From assembly GCA_965224245.1 (NCBI GenBank), contig OZ245046.1, positions 3,712,001-3,776,000 on the forward strand: a DNA stretch of 64,000 nucleotides, in the 5' to 3' direction. The translations under genes and the position numbers were made by a program. Of the stretch, positions 10,520-20,722 are shown piece by piece. The notes below the pieces were generated by a model, which was given only the letters and a program-made list of their open reading frames with translations, had not been told where the DNA came from and did no database searches. The stretch is from Candidatus Eiseniibacteriota bacterium. Its GTDB lineage: Bacteria; Eisenbacteria; RBG-16-71-46; CAZAMP01. How positions within the stretch are numbered: the first letter of the stretch is position 1; each line of letters begins with the position of its first letter.

Positions 10520-10895
10520 CCGGTCGTCCCCAGCCCCCCGGTTGCCAGATGTCCACGCGGCGGGGCGCGCTCCCGGCGTCCCTGGCCGCGTGCATCGTTC
10601 GGACTCGACCCACCCCCGAAGGCGCCACCCGAGGGTCGGTCTCAAAGAGTCGGTCGTGATCGCGATCGGGTTCGTTTACCCGCTCGGCACGTTTTCTCAT
10701 TATCTTCGCCCCGGACCCTCGCGAACAGACGGAGGTCGCGTTCCGGGGTGCCGGGAGCGGCGCTCCGCGTCACGCCGGAGGCTCCGGCTCGTGGGATTGG
10801 ACAGCTCCACCGTCGGGGTGGGTCCGGCGGGGACGCCTCGGCGGTACGATCGGGGTGACACGGAGGTGGCGCGGCGGGGAGCCGCGCCCGGCCGC

Positions 10896-13067
10896 TCACG
10901 GGGTCAGGATGATCCGCCGGGCCGTCACCCGGCCGTCCACGCGGAGGCGTGCGTGGTAGACGCCCGCGGCGACCGGGGTCCCGTCGTCGGTCTCGCCGGT
11001 CCAGGCGACCGAGTGGGCGCCGGCGCCGGCGCGTCCGTCGATCAGTCGTCGAACCCGGCGACCGGCCGTGTCGAAGATCTCGAGGCGCACGTCCGCCGCG
11101 CGGGCGAGGACGAACCCGATCCGCGTGGCCGAGGCGAAGGGGTTCGGGCGCACCGCCATGGCCACGACCGGCCCGGGCGCGGCCTCCTCCTGCACGGACA
11201 CCGCCTCGGTCTCGGTGAAGACGTACACCCCGTCGTAGCCATCGCCCACGATCACCCGATCGCCCTCGACGGCCACGCCGCGGGCCCAGTGGCCGGTGTC
11301 GTAGAAGCCGACCTCCTCGAGCGCGGACGGATCGGTCACGTCGATCACGCGGAGACCGCCCCACTCGTCGGCCACGTAGGCACGATCGCCCTCGAGTGCG
11401 ACGTCCTGGGCCGCGTGCGGCGTATCGAAGCGCCCCACGAGGAACGGGCTCGACCGATCGGTCACGTCGATGATGCGAAGGCCCACGTTTCCGTCGGCGA
11501 CGTACGTCCGGTCGTCCCGGTAGGCGACGCGCGCCGAGGAGCCGGCGGTGGAGAGCCCGCCCACGAGCACCAGATCGGTCGGGTTCGAGACGTCGTAGAC
11601 CCGCAGGCCCTCGGCGCGCTCGGCCGTGAACACGAAGCCGGCCCCGTCCGATGTGACGCCGGTGACGGAGTTGTCGAGCCCCGCGTCGATGCGATCGAGG
11701 AAGACCGGCGACGACGGATCGGCCACGCTCACCGACGAGAAGCCCGACCCACCGTTGGCCACGTAGGCGATGGTCCCGCTCACGTGCACGTCGTAGGCCC
11801 AGTCGGGAAGGACCAGCGACCCCAGCTCGACCGGGGCCGTCGGGTCGGCGACGTCCAGGATGCGGAGTCCGCTCGCTCCGTCGGCGAGGTACGCGCGATC
11901 GGCCACCACCGACACGCCGAACGCGACATGCCCCGGTGCCGAGGCCGCGACCAGCACCGGCGCCTCGGGGATGGAGAGGTCGAGGATGCGGAGCCCGGCG
12001 ATCCAGTTGGCCACGTACGCGTGATCGCCCACCAGATCGACGTCGTACACGAAGTAGCCGCCGGGCACCGTCGTGTGCACGGCGGGCGCGGCGGGGACGC
12101 TCGCGTCGACGAGGCGGAGACCCTCGGGCCCATCGGACACGGCGAGCTGGCTTCCGGCCACGGTGACGCCGATGGCGCCGTCGGCGCCGCTTCCGGGCAG
12201 CGAGCCGATCTGCACCGGCGCGCCGGGATCGGACACGTCGATGACCCGGAGGCCGTCCTCGCTGTAGCACGCAACGAAGGCGAGACCGCGCGTCGCATCC
12301 AGCGCGACGTCCCAGAAGAGGTAGCCCCCCGAGCTCAGCGTCGAGATGGGCGTCGGCGACGTGGGATCTCCGACGTCGATCACCGTGAGCGCGAACCAGC
12401 CTGCCACGTACGCGACGTCGCCGTCGACGACGACGGCCTCGGCGAAGTCCAGCGCGGGGACGTAGGCCCCCACCTCGACCGGGGCGGAGGGATCGGACAC
12501 GTCGATCACCCGGAGGCCGTTGGTATCGTCGCACACGTACGCCAGACCGCCGGCCACGTCGACCCCCAGCGCGACGCCGGCGGTCTCGATGAAGCCCAGC
12601 GGCGCCGGATCATGCGGATCGGCGACGTCGAGAACGTGTAGCCCGTGTCCGTCCACGACGTACGCGCGATCCCCGACCACCCGGATGTCGTGTGCGATCA
12701 AGACGTCGTCGAACGCACCGACCTCGACCGGCGCTGCCGCGTCGGACACATCCACGATGCGCAGCCCGCGGCTGTCGTTTCCGACGTAGGCGAGCGTTCC
12801 GTGAATCTCGACGTCCACCACGAGCGAGGGCAGGATCGTGGACCCGAGCGTGATCGGCGCACCCGGTGTCGACGCATCGACGACGAGGAGCTCGGCGCCT
12901 CGACCCATGTAGACGAGGTCTCCGACGCGCGTGGCCGCGTTACAGGGGCCATCGGGCCACCGGCCGGTCAGCTCGATCGTCCCGGCGCGGCCGGTCGTGG
13001 GCACGGCGCTCGCGCAGAGCGCGACGAGCCACATGACGACGTCGCGGATGCGAGGACGGGGATGCAT
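10896..13067 (-). CDS. Secreted LVIVD-repeat beta-propeller protein with FlgD-Ig C-terminal domain
   Basis: ATG at 13067 after GAAGGAG, then a signal peptide and more than 12 repeats of AYVAxxxxGLRVIDVSDPxxP. C-terminal PNPF...IFDTAGRRVRRL...WTGETDDG...GVY. Confidence 0.85.
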   Translation of the reverse strand: MHPRPRIRDVVMWLVALCASAVPTTGRAGTIELTGRWPDGPCNAATRVGDLVYMGRGAELLVVDASTPGAPITLGSTILPSLVVDVEIHGTLAYVGNDSRGLRIVDVSDAAAPVEVGAFDDVLIAHDIRVVGDRAYVVDGHGLHVLDVADPHDPAPLGFIETAGVALGVDVAGGLAYVCDDTNGLRVIDVSDPSAPVEVGAYVPALDFAEAVVVDGDVAYVAGWFALTVIDVGDPTSPTPISTLSSGGYLFWDVALDATRGLAFVACYSEDGLRVIDVSDPGAPVQIGSLPGSGADGAIGVTVAGSQLAVSDGPEGLRLVDASVPAAPAVHTTVPGGYFVYDVDLVGDHAYVANWIAGLRILDLSIPEAPVLVAASAPGHVAFGVSVVADRAYLADGASGLRILDVADPTAPVELGSLVLPDWAYDVHVSGTIAYVANGGSGFSSVSVADPSSPVFLDRIDAGLDNSVTGVTSDGAGFVFTAERAEGLRVYDVSNPTDLVLVGGLSTAGSSARVAYRDDRTYVADGNVGLRIIDVTDRSSPFLVGRFDTPHAAQDVALEGDRAYVADEWGGLRVIDVTDPSALEEVGFYDTGHWARGVAVEGDRVIVGDGYDGVYVFTETEAVSVQEEAAPGPVVAMAVRPNPFASATRIGFVLARAADVRLEIFDTAGRRVRRLIDGRAGAGAHSVAWTGETDDGTPVAAGVYHARLRVDGRVTARRIILTP

Positions 13068-13346
13068 GGCGGCTCCTTCGGATCGAGGTCCCGAGGCCAT
13101 CGTCGCCCGTCGCGCTCGTCGACGCGCCGCCGAACCGAGCGCGAGGCGTCCGTCGCCGGGGTAGTCCCGGCCCGAGCTGCGCGTGATACATCGCGTACGG
13201 CGCACGCCGTCCCGCTCCGCCACCTGCGTCGCGCCAACCGATCTCACAACGCGTTGCCGAGAAGGGCGTTGGGGCGTATCCTGGGCGCGTTTCCGTCAGC
13301 GCCCACCGCGCGCCGGACGCGGCGCCACGCCCCGCCAGGAGGACCG

Positions 13347-14069
13347 ATGGCTTCGGATGCGTTCAAGATCCTGATCCTCAACGGACGCCCCGCATCGGGC
13401 AAGTCCGAGACGATCGACTTCCTGAAGAAGATGCCGGCCGCCGAGCGCCGCGCGCGCTTCCACATCGGCGAGCTGGACGAGATCGACGACTTCCCGATGC
13501 TCTGGACGTGGTTCGAGGAGGACGCGATCCGCACGAAGCTCCTCGGCGTGGAGCGCGTGCACACCGACGACGAGGGCTACTTCAAGCACCCGCACCAGTG
13601 GAACCTCCTCATCCGGCGCATGAACCTCGAGTACGAGAAGCGTCTTCGCGACCCCGGCTACCACGACCGCCATACGACGCTGATCGAGTTCTCTCGCGGC
13701 ACCGAGCACGGCGGCTACCGCGAGGCATACTCCCATCTCAGCCCCGAGGTCCTTCGCGCGGCCGGGATCGTGTACATCGACGTCTCGTTCGAGGAGTCGC
13801 TCCGGAAGAACCGCCGGCGCTACAACCCGGAGCGTCCCGATTCGATCCTCGAGCACGGTCTCCCCGACGAGAAGCTCCGCAAGATGTACACCGAGGTCGA
13901 CTGGGAGACGTTCCGCGGCTCCGATCCGGAGGTGATCGACGTCGGAGGCATCGCCGTCCCCTACGGCGTCCTGCACAACGAGCCCGAAGTGACCGATGCG
14001 TTCGAGACGTGGGCACCGGCCTTCCAGGCGATCACCGATACGCTGTGGCGGCGACGAGGCGGTGCATGA
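13347..14069 (+). CDS. Uncharacterised P-loop NTPase/kinase-like protein
   Basis: AGGAGG RBS; Walker A-like ILILNGRPASGKS, followed by TLIEFSRG and IVYIDVSFEESLRKNRRR. Confidence 0.7.
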   Translation: MASDAFKILILNGRPASGKSETIDFLKKMPAAERRARFHIGELDEIDDFPMLWTWFEEDAIRTKLLGVERVHTDDEGYFKHPHQWNLLIRRMNLEYEKRLRDPGYHDRHTTLIEFSRGTEHGGYREAYSHLSPEVLRAAGIVYIDVSFEESLRKNRRRYNPERPDSILEHGLPDEKLRKMYTEVDWETFRGSDPEVIDVGGIAVPYGVLHNEPEVTDAFETWAPAFQAITDTLWRRRGGA

Positions 14070-14512
14070 GCGACGTCCTGCCCGAGTACGAGCACACGGA
14101 GATCGGCTGGATCCCACTGGTCGTGATCGGCTTCGTGGGTCTGGTGGTCACGGCGGTGAAGCCCCCGACGCCGACGCTCGTGGTCATGGTACCCGTGCTG
14201 CCGCTCGTGCTCCTGCTCGCCGGATGGATGCGGGTGGTCGTGTCGCGCGACGACGTGCGCTGTCGACTGGGGCTCTTCGCGCGGCGACGGATCACGATCG
14301 CGCGCATCGTGTCCGCCGAGGCGGTCGGGCTCCCCTGGTACTACGGCTGGGGGATCCGCCTGACCCCCAAGGGGTGGCTCTGGCGCGTGTCGGGACTTCG
14401 CGGGGTGCGCCTGACGTACGAAGACGGCGGCCACTTCACGATCGGTACCAGCGACGACGAGGCGCTGGCGCGCGCGATCAATCGTTGCATCGCGATCGCG
14501 CGCCCCGGGTAG
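14066..14512 (+). CDS. Small membrane protein with a bacterial PH-like domain
   Basis: ATGA overlap with the upstream stop; two TM helices, then WYYGWGIRLTPKGWLWRVSG...IGTSD. Confidence 0.7.
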   Translation: MSDVLPEYEHTEIGWIPLVVIGFVGLVVTAVKPPTPTLVVMVPVLPLVLLLAGWMRVVVSRDDVRCRLGLFARRRITIARIVSAEAVGLPWYYGWGIRLTPKGWLWRVSGLRGVRLTYEDGGHFTIGTSDDEALARAINRCIAIARPG

Positions 14513-14647
14513 ACCGACGGAGTGAGCTGGGCACGGTGCGAGCGGTGCGGCGGTGTCCAATCGCGCCAGGGCGGAGCTTCATCTGACGACGTGCTACGAT
14601 GTCGTCGCCTGGGGCGGCGCAGCGTACGATCCACCGGGAGTGTCCTC

Positions 14648-15373
14648 TTGGCCCGTTCCTCGATCAGACCGCTCCTGACCGGCGGCGCACTCCTCGCGGC
14701 GACCGGCATTGCCGCAGCCGCGGCGAGCGCGGGCGGCGGCTACGGCTGTGCGTCCGGCGGCTTCATCTTCTCACCGCCATCCTACGCCGGGTGCGACGAC
14801 GCGGCGATGTACGTCGATCCGTACGACTGCGAGACGCACACGTTCGGCGGTGCCGACACCGGGATAGCCTCGTTTGCGTGGGTGGTGATCGGACATCGAT
14901 TCGCCGACACCGGGCGTGGCATCTCCGAGCTGTGGTTCGGGGTCGAACACGACCTCCTGATCCGCACCGACGGCACGGGCAATCCCGCCTGGGCGCTGTG
15001 CACGGGCGGCGATGAGATCCCCACGGCGGACTGGCCGGAGTCGGGAAGCGCCAATCACGTGACGTGGGCCGGATGCGCGGAGCCCGATCGCCTGACCGCG
15101 GTCGGGTTCCTCGTCATCGACCCCGACGCCGCGGCACGGACGGCCGAGCTGGCCGACCACCCGGCGGTGGATGACGTGATCTGGAAGGACTGTGACGGCT
15201 CGCCGTTCTTCATCTGCGGGTTCAACCGGTGGACCGCGTTCACCGATCTCGGTGGGCACACCGGTTGCGGCGATGCCATGTGCGCAGATACGTTCGAGGA
15301 CCCGCCGCCGTGCACGCTCGCGACACCGGTGATCGACCGCTCGTGGGGCTCGGTCAAGTCCCTGTTCGACTAG
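14648..15373 (+). CDS. Secreted Cys-rich hypothetical protein with C-terminal SWGSVKSLF motif
   Basis: Likely TTG start at 14648 after GGGAG (start uncertain). Ala-rich signal peptide; ends TPVIDRSWGSVKSLFD. Confidence 0.7.
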   Translation: MARSSIRPLLTGGALLAATGIAAAAASAGGGYGCASGGFIFSPPSYAGCDDAAMYVDPYDCETHTFGGADTGIASFAWVVIGHRFADTGRGISELWFGVEHDLLIRTDGTGNPAWALCTGGDEIPTADWPESGSANHVTWAGCAEPDRLTAVGFLVIDPDAAARTAELADHPAVDDVIWKDCDGSPFFICGFNRWTAFTDLGGHTGCGDAMCADTFEDPPPCTLATPVIDRSWGSVKSLFD

Positions 15374-15737
15374 GAGCCGGACCCGCACCTCGCCGCGCGA
15401 GCGCGTTCGATCGCGCCGTCCCTCGAGGGGTCGCGGCCAGCGCACCGAGGAGCGTGAACAGCGCCACGCCCCCCAGGATCACGAGCATCCGCGCGTAGGG
15501 CTCACCGAACGCGGCCCGCTCCCGGGCCAGGACGATCGCGGTTCGCATCCACTCGACCGCACCCACCACGAGTACGACCTGCACGGCTCTCCGGCTCCAC
15601 GGCCGGCGTACGGCGAGCAGCGCGAAGGCGCCCGCGAACCCCACCGCAATCGCCGGCAGCGGAATGCCGGCCCGGAGGAGATGCGCCCCCTGGAGCAACA
15701 GGCTCAGCACGACGGCGATCATGCGCAGGAGATGCAT
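15354..15737 (-). CDS. Small four-TM hypothetical membrane protein, last gene of the hem operon
   Basis: ATG at 15737 after GGGAGGG, overlapping the hemY 3' end. LLLQGAHLLRAG...GEPYARMLVILGGVALFT. Confidence 0.7.
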   Translation of the reverse strand: MHLLRMIAVVLSLLLQGAHLLRAGIPLPAIAVGFAGAFALLAVRRPWSRRAVQVVLVVGAVEWMRTAIVLARERAAFGEPYARMLVILGGVALFTLLGALAATPRGTARSNALARRGAGPAPSRTGT

Positions 15738-17182
15738 CGATCCCTCCCGGATCGCTCGCGGACGTCGTCGCAGACCCGATCGGCTACCCGGAAGGCGTCC
15801 TTCACGCAGAGATTCATCGAGATGCCGCGCAGCCAGTTGCCCGTCAGCGAGAGCGTGGGTCGGCGCGCCTCCAGCGTGTCCACGGCCCCGACGACGTCGG
15901 GATGTCCGATGTCGTACTGGGGGATTCCCATGCGATGGCGGAAGACCCGGGTGAACACCGGATCGTCGCGCTCGCCGAGAATCGATTCGACGTCGGCGCG
16001 AACGCCCGCGAGGGTCTCTGCCTCGGACAGATCCGCCACCTCCGGATCGTGGGCGCCCCCGACCAGCGCGCGCACGAGCACGTGGTTCGCCGGGGCGCGA
16101 CCGGGAAAGAGGGTCGACGTGAAGAGCACGCCGAGCGTGCGGATCCCCTCGCTGCGCGGGATCAGCAGGCCGAAGCCGTCCAGCGGGTGGGCGAGGGCGT
16201 GTCGCGGGTAGCCGAGACACACCACCGAGATCGGTGCGGCCGTGATGCGTCCGAGCGCCGACGCCGCCTCGGCCTCCCACGGTGCGAGCCAGCGCGCCTG
16301 GGCCGGTGCCGGTGAGGCCATGACCACCGCGTCGGCGGGGACGACCTCGCCGTCGACACGAACGTCGAACGCCCGGTCCCCGTGCGGCGTCACGGACTCC
16401 ACGTCGACTCCGGTCTGGACCGCATCGCCGAGCGCATCGGCGAGCGTCCGGACCAGGGTCTCCATGCCACCCTCGAGGCTGTGAAGCACGCCGCCGGGCC
16501 CGGCGGGCCCACGGGCACCGGAGCCGTTTCCGGCCGCCGTGTCCGGAGCTTCCGTCCTGGCGGCGGCCTTTCGCTGCCGCTTCAACGCGATCATCGCCCG
16601 GAACAGCCCGCCGTGATCGCGCTCGAGCTCGACCATGCGCGGGAACGCCGCGCGCAGGCTCAGGCGATCGATGTCACCGGCGAAGATGCCGGAGACCATC
16701 GGATCCAGGAACGACGCCGTGAAGCCCCGACCGAGCCGGCGCCGCCCGAAGCTCGCCACCGTCTCGTCCTCGCCATCGCGCCTGGCGGGGACCATCGGCT
16801 CGGCCAGAACACGCGCCTTCGACAGCGGGCCGAGAAGCCCGGTGCGGAGGAACCCGGCCGGGGACTCGGGGAGTGCGTGGAGCGCGCCGCCGCGATGGAT
16901 GAAGCGACGCCGCGCGAGATCGTCGCTCCGCAGGAGCCGGGAGCCGAGACCGAGCATCTCGACGAGCTCCAGCATCCGGGGCTCGTTGTCGAGGAACCCG
17001 TTGGGTCCCCACTCACATCGGAAGCCGTCGGCCGCGTCGGTCCGGACGTGTCCGCCGGCCCGGTGGGCCTTCTCCAGCACGAGGACACGGCTGTCGGCCT
17101 CGGTTTCGGCCAGCCGGCGCCGGATCAGGTACGCGCACGCGAGGCCGCTGATGCCGCCACCGATGACGACGATCGTTCTCAT
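15719..17182 (-). CDS. hemY: FAD-dependent protoporphyrinogen/coproporphyrinogen oxidase (HemY/HemG family)
   Basis: VVIGGGISGL FAD motif, EWGPNGF, PMVSGIFAGD, GFGLLIP, IPQYDIGH; hem operon context. Confidence 0.9.
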   Translation of the reverse strand: MRTIVVIGGGISGLACAYLIRRRLAETEADSRVLVLEKAHRAGGHVRTDAADGFRCEWGPNGFLDNEPRMLELVEMLGLGSRLLRSDDLARRRFIHRGGALHALPESPAGFLRTGLLGPLSKARVLAEPMVPARRDGEDETVASFGRRRLGRGFTASFLDPMVSGIFAGDIDRLSLRAAFPRMVELERDHGGLFRAMIALKRQRKAAARTEAPDTAAGNGSGARGPAGPGGVLHSLEGGMETLVRTLADALGDAVQTGVDVESVTPHGDRAFDVRVDGEVVPADAVVMASPAPAQARWLAPWEAEAASALGRITAAPISVVCLGYPRHALAHPLDGFGLLIPRSEGIRTLGVLFTSTLFPGRAPANHVLVRALVGGAHDPEVADLSEAETLAGVRADVESILGERDDPVFTRVFRHRMGIPQYDIGHPDVVGAVDTLEARRPTLSLTGNWLRGISMNLCVKDAFRVADRVCDDVRERSGRDRCISCA

Positions 17183-18243
17183 GCGCCCACTCCCGATGCC
17201 GGGACCAGCTCGTCGGCCACCAGCGTGGCCAGGGCGCGAACGAAGCTCGGTCGCACGTTGAGACCCGGTGAGCGCTCGTACTCGGTGATCCCGAGCTCGT
17301 GCGCGACCTCCCGGTACTGCACGTCGAGCTCCTCGAGCGTCTCGATGTGATCGGACACGAAGCTCACCGGAACGACCACGACGCGGTGATGACCGTCCTT
17401 CGCGAGCGCCTCCAGCGCGCTCGGCGTCGACGGCGTGAGCCAGCGGACCGGGCCGGTGCGACTCTGGAACGCGAGGCGCCACTCACCCGTCCAGGCGAGC
17501 TCGGCGACCACCGCGCGCACCGTGCGCTTCACGTGTGCGAGGTACGGATCCCCCTCTTCGATGAACCGGACCGGCAGGCTGTGCGCGCTGAACAGGAGCA
17601 CGGGCTCCTCGCCCCCGGTCGCCATCGCACGCCCGATCGACTCCCGCACCGTCTCGGCCAGTGCCGCGACGTACGGCGGAAACGCCTCCCAGGACTTGAC
17701 CACGCGGAGGTCGAGGGTCGATCCGAGGCGGCGCGTCGCGTCGTCGAGCGCGTTCAGTGACGAGCCCGTCGTCGCCTTGGAGTACTGCGGGTACAGCGGC
17801 AGCACGACCGCCCGCTCGATGCCGTCGGCCATCATCGCCTCGATCGCCTCGTCCACGAACGGCTTCCAGTACCGCATGCCCACGTAGACGCGTGTGGACA
17901 CGCCGCGCTCGGCGAGGCAGTCCTCGAGCGCCTCGGCCTGATCGAACGTGAAGGTGAGCTGGGGCGAGCAGCCCCCCATCATCCGGTACCCCGGGGCCAC
18001 CTTCGGAGCGCGCGACCTCGCGATCAGCCGCGCGAGCAACATCTGGCTCCACGCCGGCATCGGAAACCGGATGATCTGCCGATCGGAGAAGAGATTCCGG
18101 AGGAACGGCCGGATCGACTCGATGCGATCGGGCCCCCCCATGTTCAGCAGCAGCACCCCCGTCGCGGACTCGCCGGGCGGGACGCTCGTGCGCCGCCTCG
18201 GCGCCCACTCGGTGATCTCGCGGGCCGGCGCGTGCGTGCTCAT
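17179..18243 (-). CDS. hemH: Ferrochelatase
   Basis: GVLLLNMGGP, MRYWKPF, PLYPQYS, LFSAHSLP, AFQSRTGPVRWL, FVSDHIETLEELD. Confidence 0.95.
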   Translation of the reverse strand: MSTHAPAREITEWAPRRRTSVPPGESATGVLLLNMGGPDRIESIRPFLRNLFSDRQIIRFPMPAWSQMLLARLIARSRAPKVAPGYRMMGGCSPQLTFTFDQAEALEDCLAERGVSTRVYVGMRYWKPFVDEAIEAMMADGIERAVVLPLYPQYSKATTGSSLNALDDATRRLGSTLDLRVVKSWEAFPPYVAALAETVRESIGRAMATGGEEPVLLFSAHSLPVRFIEEGDPYLAHVKRTVRAVVAELAWTGEWRLAFQSRTGPVRWLTPSTPSALEALAKDGHHRVVVVPVSFVSDHIETLEELDVQYREVAHELGITEYERSPGLNVRPSFVRALATLVADELVPASGVGA

Positions 18244-19634
18244 ATCGTCCTCGAGAAAATGGGCTTGTCGTCGGGTCGCGCCGTCAGGTAGCGATCGAAG
18301 AGCATGCAGAGGTTGCGCACGAACAGCCGGCCCCGCGGCGTGACCTCGAGCCGATCCGACCCGAGGGCGAAGAAGTCGGGGTCGATCGTGTCCCCCAGCT
18401 CCTCGAGCTCCGCGTCGAAGTACTCCAGGAAGTGGACGCCATGATGCTCGCGGATCGCGTCGAAGCGAACCTCGAAGTTGCACATCAGCTCGCGGATGAC
18501 CTCGGCGCGGACGAGATCGTCGTCGTCGAGCACATACCCCCGATGAACGGGCAGCTCGTCCCGATCGAGGCTCTCGTAGTAGCGCTTGAGCACGAGACCG
18601 TTCTGGGTGAAGGCGTTCTGGACGTAGCTGATGGACGAGATGCCGAACGCCAGCATGTCCTGGGCGGGGCGCGTCGTGTAGCCCATGAAGTTCCGGTGGA
18701 GCCGCTTCTCGCGCCGGGCCACGGCCAGCTCGTCCTCGGGCAGCGCGTAGTGGTCCATGCCGATCTGCTCGTACCCGGCGTCCACGAAGTCGCGAATCGT
18801 GTCGAGGTAGATCTGGAACTTGTCGTCCACCGACGGCAACGTCGCCTCGTCGATCCGGCGCTGATGGCCCTTGATCCACGGCACGTGCGCATAGCTGTAG
18901 ACGGCCAGACGGTCGGGGCGCATCTCGCGCACGATCTCGCGCGTGTACCGGAATGCCTCGGGGCTCTGGTTGGGCAGCCCGTAGATCAGATCGAAGTTGA
19001 CGCCGGTGAAACCGGCCTCGCGACACGCATCGTAGATCTCGCGGGTCACGTCCACCGTCTGCGGCCGGTTGACCGACGAGAGGACGGTCATGTCGAAGTC
19101 CTGCACGCCGAGCGAGACCCGGTTGAATCCGAGCCCGCGGAGCGTGGCGATGTGATCGCGCGTCGTCACCGTGGGGTCGATCTCGATCGAGAGCTCCGCT
19201 CCGTCGAGCATCGTGAAGCGTTCGCGGATCACGCCGCCCAGACGTTCGAGCTGCTCGGGGCTCAGAAACGTCGGCGTTCCCCCGCCGATGTGGAGCTGGA
19301 TCACGTTCCGGCGGGTACGGAGATCCCGCTGGACGAGATCCATCTCCCGGGCGAGTGCGTCGATGTAGCGATCGGCGGCCCCCTGGTGCTTGGTCACGAC
19401 CACGTTGCAGCCGCAGAACGTGCATCGCTCCTTGCAGAACGGCACGTGCACGTAGACCGACAGCGGCGCGTCGGGTCGCTCGTCGGCCGCGGCCAGGTGG
19501 CGGCGGTGGATCGCCTCCTCGAAATCGGGCTTCCATACCGGCGCCGTCGGATAGCTCGTATAGCGCGGTCCGGGCCGGTCGTAGCTACGGAGAAGCGCCG
19601 CGTCGACACCGTCCAGCCAGCTTCCGGTGCTCAT
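18240..19634 (-). CDS. hemN: Oxygen-independent coproporphyrinogen III oxidase (radical SAM)
   Basis: GPRYTSYPTA, YVHVPFCKERCTFCGC (CxxxCxxC), GGGTP, IGMDHY, LHRNFMGYTT; ends FSRTI. Confidence 0.95.
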   Translation of the reverse strand: MSTGSWLDGVDAALLRSYDRPGPRYTSYPTAPVWKPDFEEAIHRRHLAAADERPDAPLSVYVHVPFCKERCTFCGCNVVVTKHQGAADRYIDALAREMDLVQRDLRTRRNVIQLHIGGGTPTFLSPEQLERLGGVIRERFTMLDGAELSIEIDPTVTTRDHIATLRGLGFNRVSLGVQDFDMTVLSSVNRPQTVDVTREIYDACREAGFTGVNFDLIYGLPNQSPEAFRYTREIVREMRPDRLAVYSYAHVPWIKGHQRRIDEATLPSVDDKFQIYLDTIRDFVDAGYEQIGMDHYALPEDELAVARREKRLHRNFMGYTTRPAQDMLAFGISSISYVQNAFTQNGLVLKRYYESLDRDELPVHRGYVLDDDDLVRAEVIRELMCNFEVRFDAIREHHGVHFLEYFDAELEELGDTIDPDFFALGSDRLEVTPRGRLFVRNLCMLFDRYLTARPDDKPIFSRTI

Positions 19635-20722
19635 CCCTGCCTCCCTGCCACGAGGGGTGCGTTCCCGCGCTCGTAGGCCCGGACGCACGAAACCAGAACG
19701 CCGACGTTCTCGGGTGGAACGCCGGGCAGGATCCCGTGTCCGAGGTTGAACACGTAGCCGCCGCCGGTCGCCGCCCCTGCGTCGAGCGTCGCGCGCACGC
19801 GATCGCGGATCGTGTCGGGGTGGCCGAACAGGATCGTCGGATCCAGGTTTCCCTGGAGCGCCCGGCCCGGAAGGCGGCGGTGCGCGGCCGTCAGCGGCGT
19901 TCTCCAGTCCACGCCGACGACGTCGGCATCGATCTCGGCGATCACATCCAGAAGGTGCGACCCCCCGTTCACGAACAGGATCCCCGGCGCACCCTTGGCG
20001 CGCAGGCGCGAGAAGATGTCCGCCAGGTACGGGGCCGCGAACGTGCGGTAGTCCTCGGCCGAGAGCATGCCGCCCCAGCTGTCGAAGACCTGAAAGGCGG
20101 ATGCCCCCGCGTCGAGCTGGGCGCTCAGGTGCTCGACGATCATGTCGGCAAAGCGGCGGAACAGCGCATGCGCGAGATCGGGCTCGGAGAACATGAGACC
20201 CTTCAGCCGCGCGAACTGCTTCGACGAGCCGCCCTCGACCGCATAGCTGGCCAAAGTGAACGGGGCGCCGGTGAAGACGATCAGCGGCGTGCCGTCGAGT
20301 CGCCGAACCGCCAGCTCGACCGCGTCCGTCACGTAGGCCAGGTCGCGACGCGTGTCGACGCGACGCAGACGCTCGACGTCCGCCGCGGTCCGGACGGGGT
20401 TGGCGATCCTGGGTCCGCCCTCGGGATAGGCGACCTCGAGGCCCATCGCCTCCAGGGGAACCAGGATGTCGCTGAACAGGATCGCGGCATCGAACCCGAA
20501 CCGCCGGATCGGCTGGAGCGTCACCTCCACCGCCAGCTCCGGCGTCCGGCACATCTCCAGGAACGAGGCGCGCTCGCGAACGGCCCGATACTCGGGCAGG
20601 TAGCGCCCCGCCTGACGCATGAGCCACAGGGGGATGCGCTCGGTCGGCTCGTTGCGGCACGCCCTGAGGAACAGTGCGTTCACGTCGCCGTTCGCCTGGC
20701 GGTCGCCGGGTGTCGTGCTCAT
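19631..20722 (-). CDS. hemE: Uroporphyrinogen decarboxylase
   Basis: WLMRQAGRYLPEY, AILFSDIL, GAPFTLASY, QVFDSW, LQGNLDP, FNLGHG. Confidence 0.97.
   Translation of the reverse strand: MSTTPGDRQANGDVNALFLRACRNEPTERIPLWLMRQAGRYLPEYRAVRERASFLEMCRTPELAVEVTLQPIRRFGFDAAILFSDILVPLEAMGLEVAYPEGGPRIANPVRTAADVERLRRVDTRRDLAYVTDAVELAVRRLDGTPLIVFTGAPFTLASYAVEGGSSKQFARLKGLMFSEPDLAHALFRRFADMIVEHLSAQLDAGASAFQVFDSWGGMLSAEDYRTFAAPYLADIFSRLRAKGAPGILFVNGGSHLLDVIAEIDADVVGVDWRTPLTAAHRRLPGRALQGNLDPTILFGHPDTIRDRVRATLDAGAATGGGYVFNLGHGILPGVPPENVGVLVSCVRAYERGNAPLVAGRQG

Noticed and set aside
10896-13067. Regularly spaced nucleotide repeats (GATCGGxxACGTCGA-like) that could suggest a CRISPR array
   Set aside because: They are degenerate and in frame, encoding LVIVD protein repeats. 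There are no cas genes.
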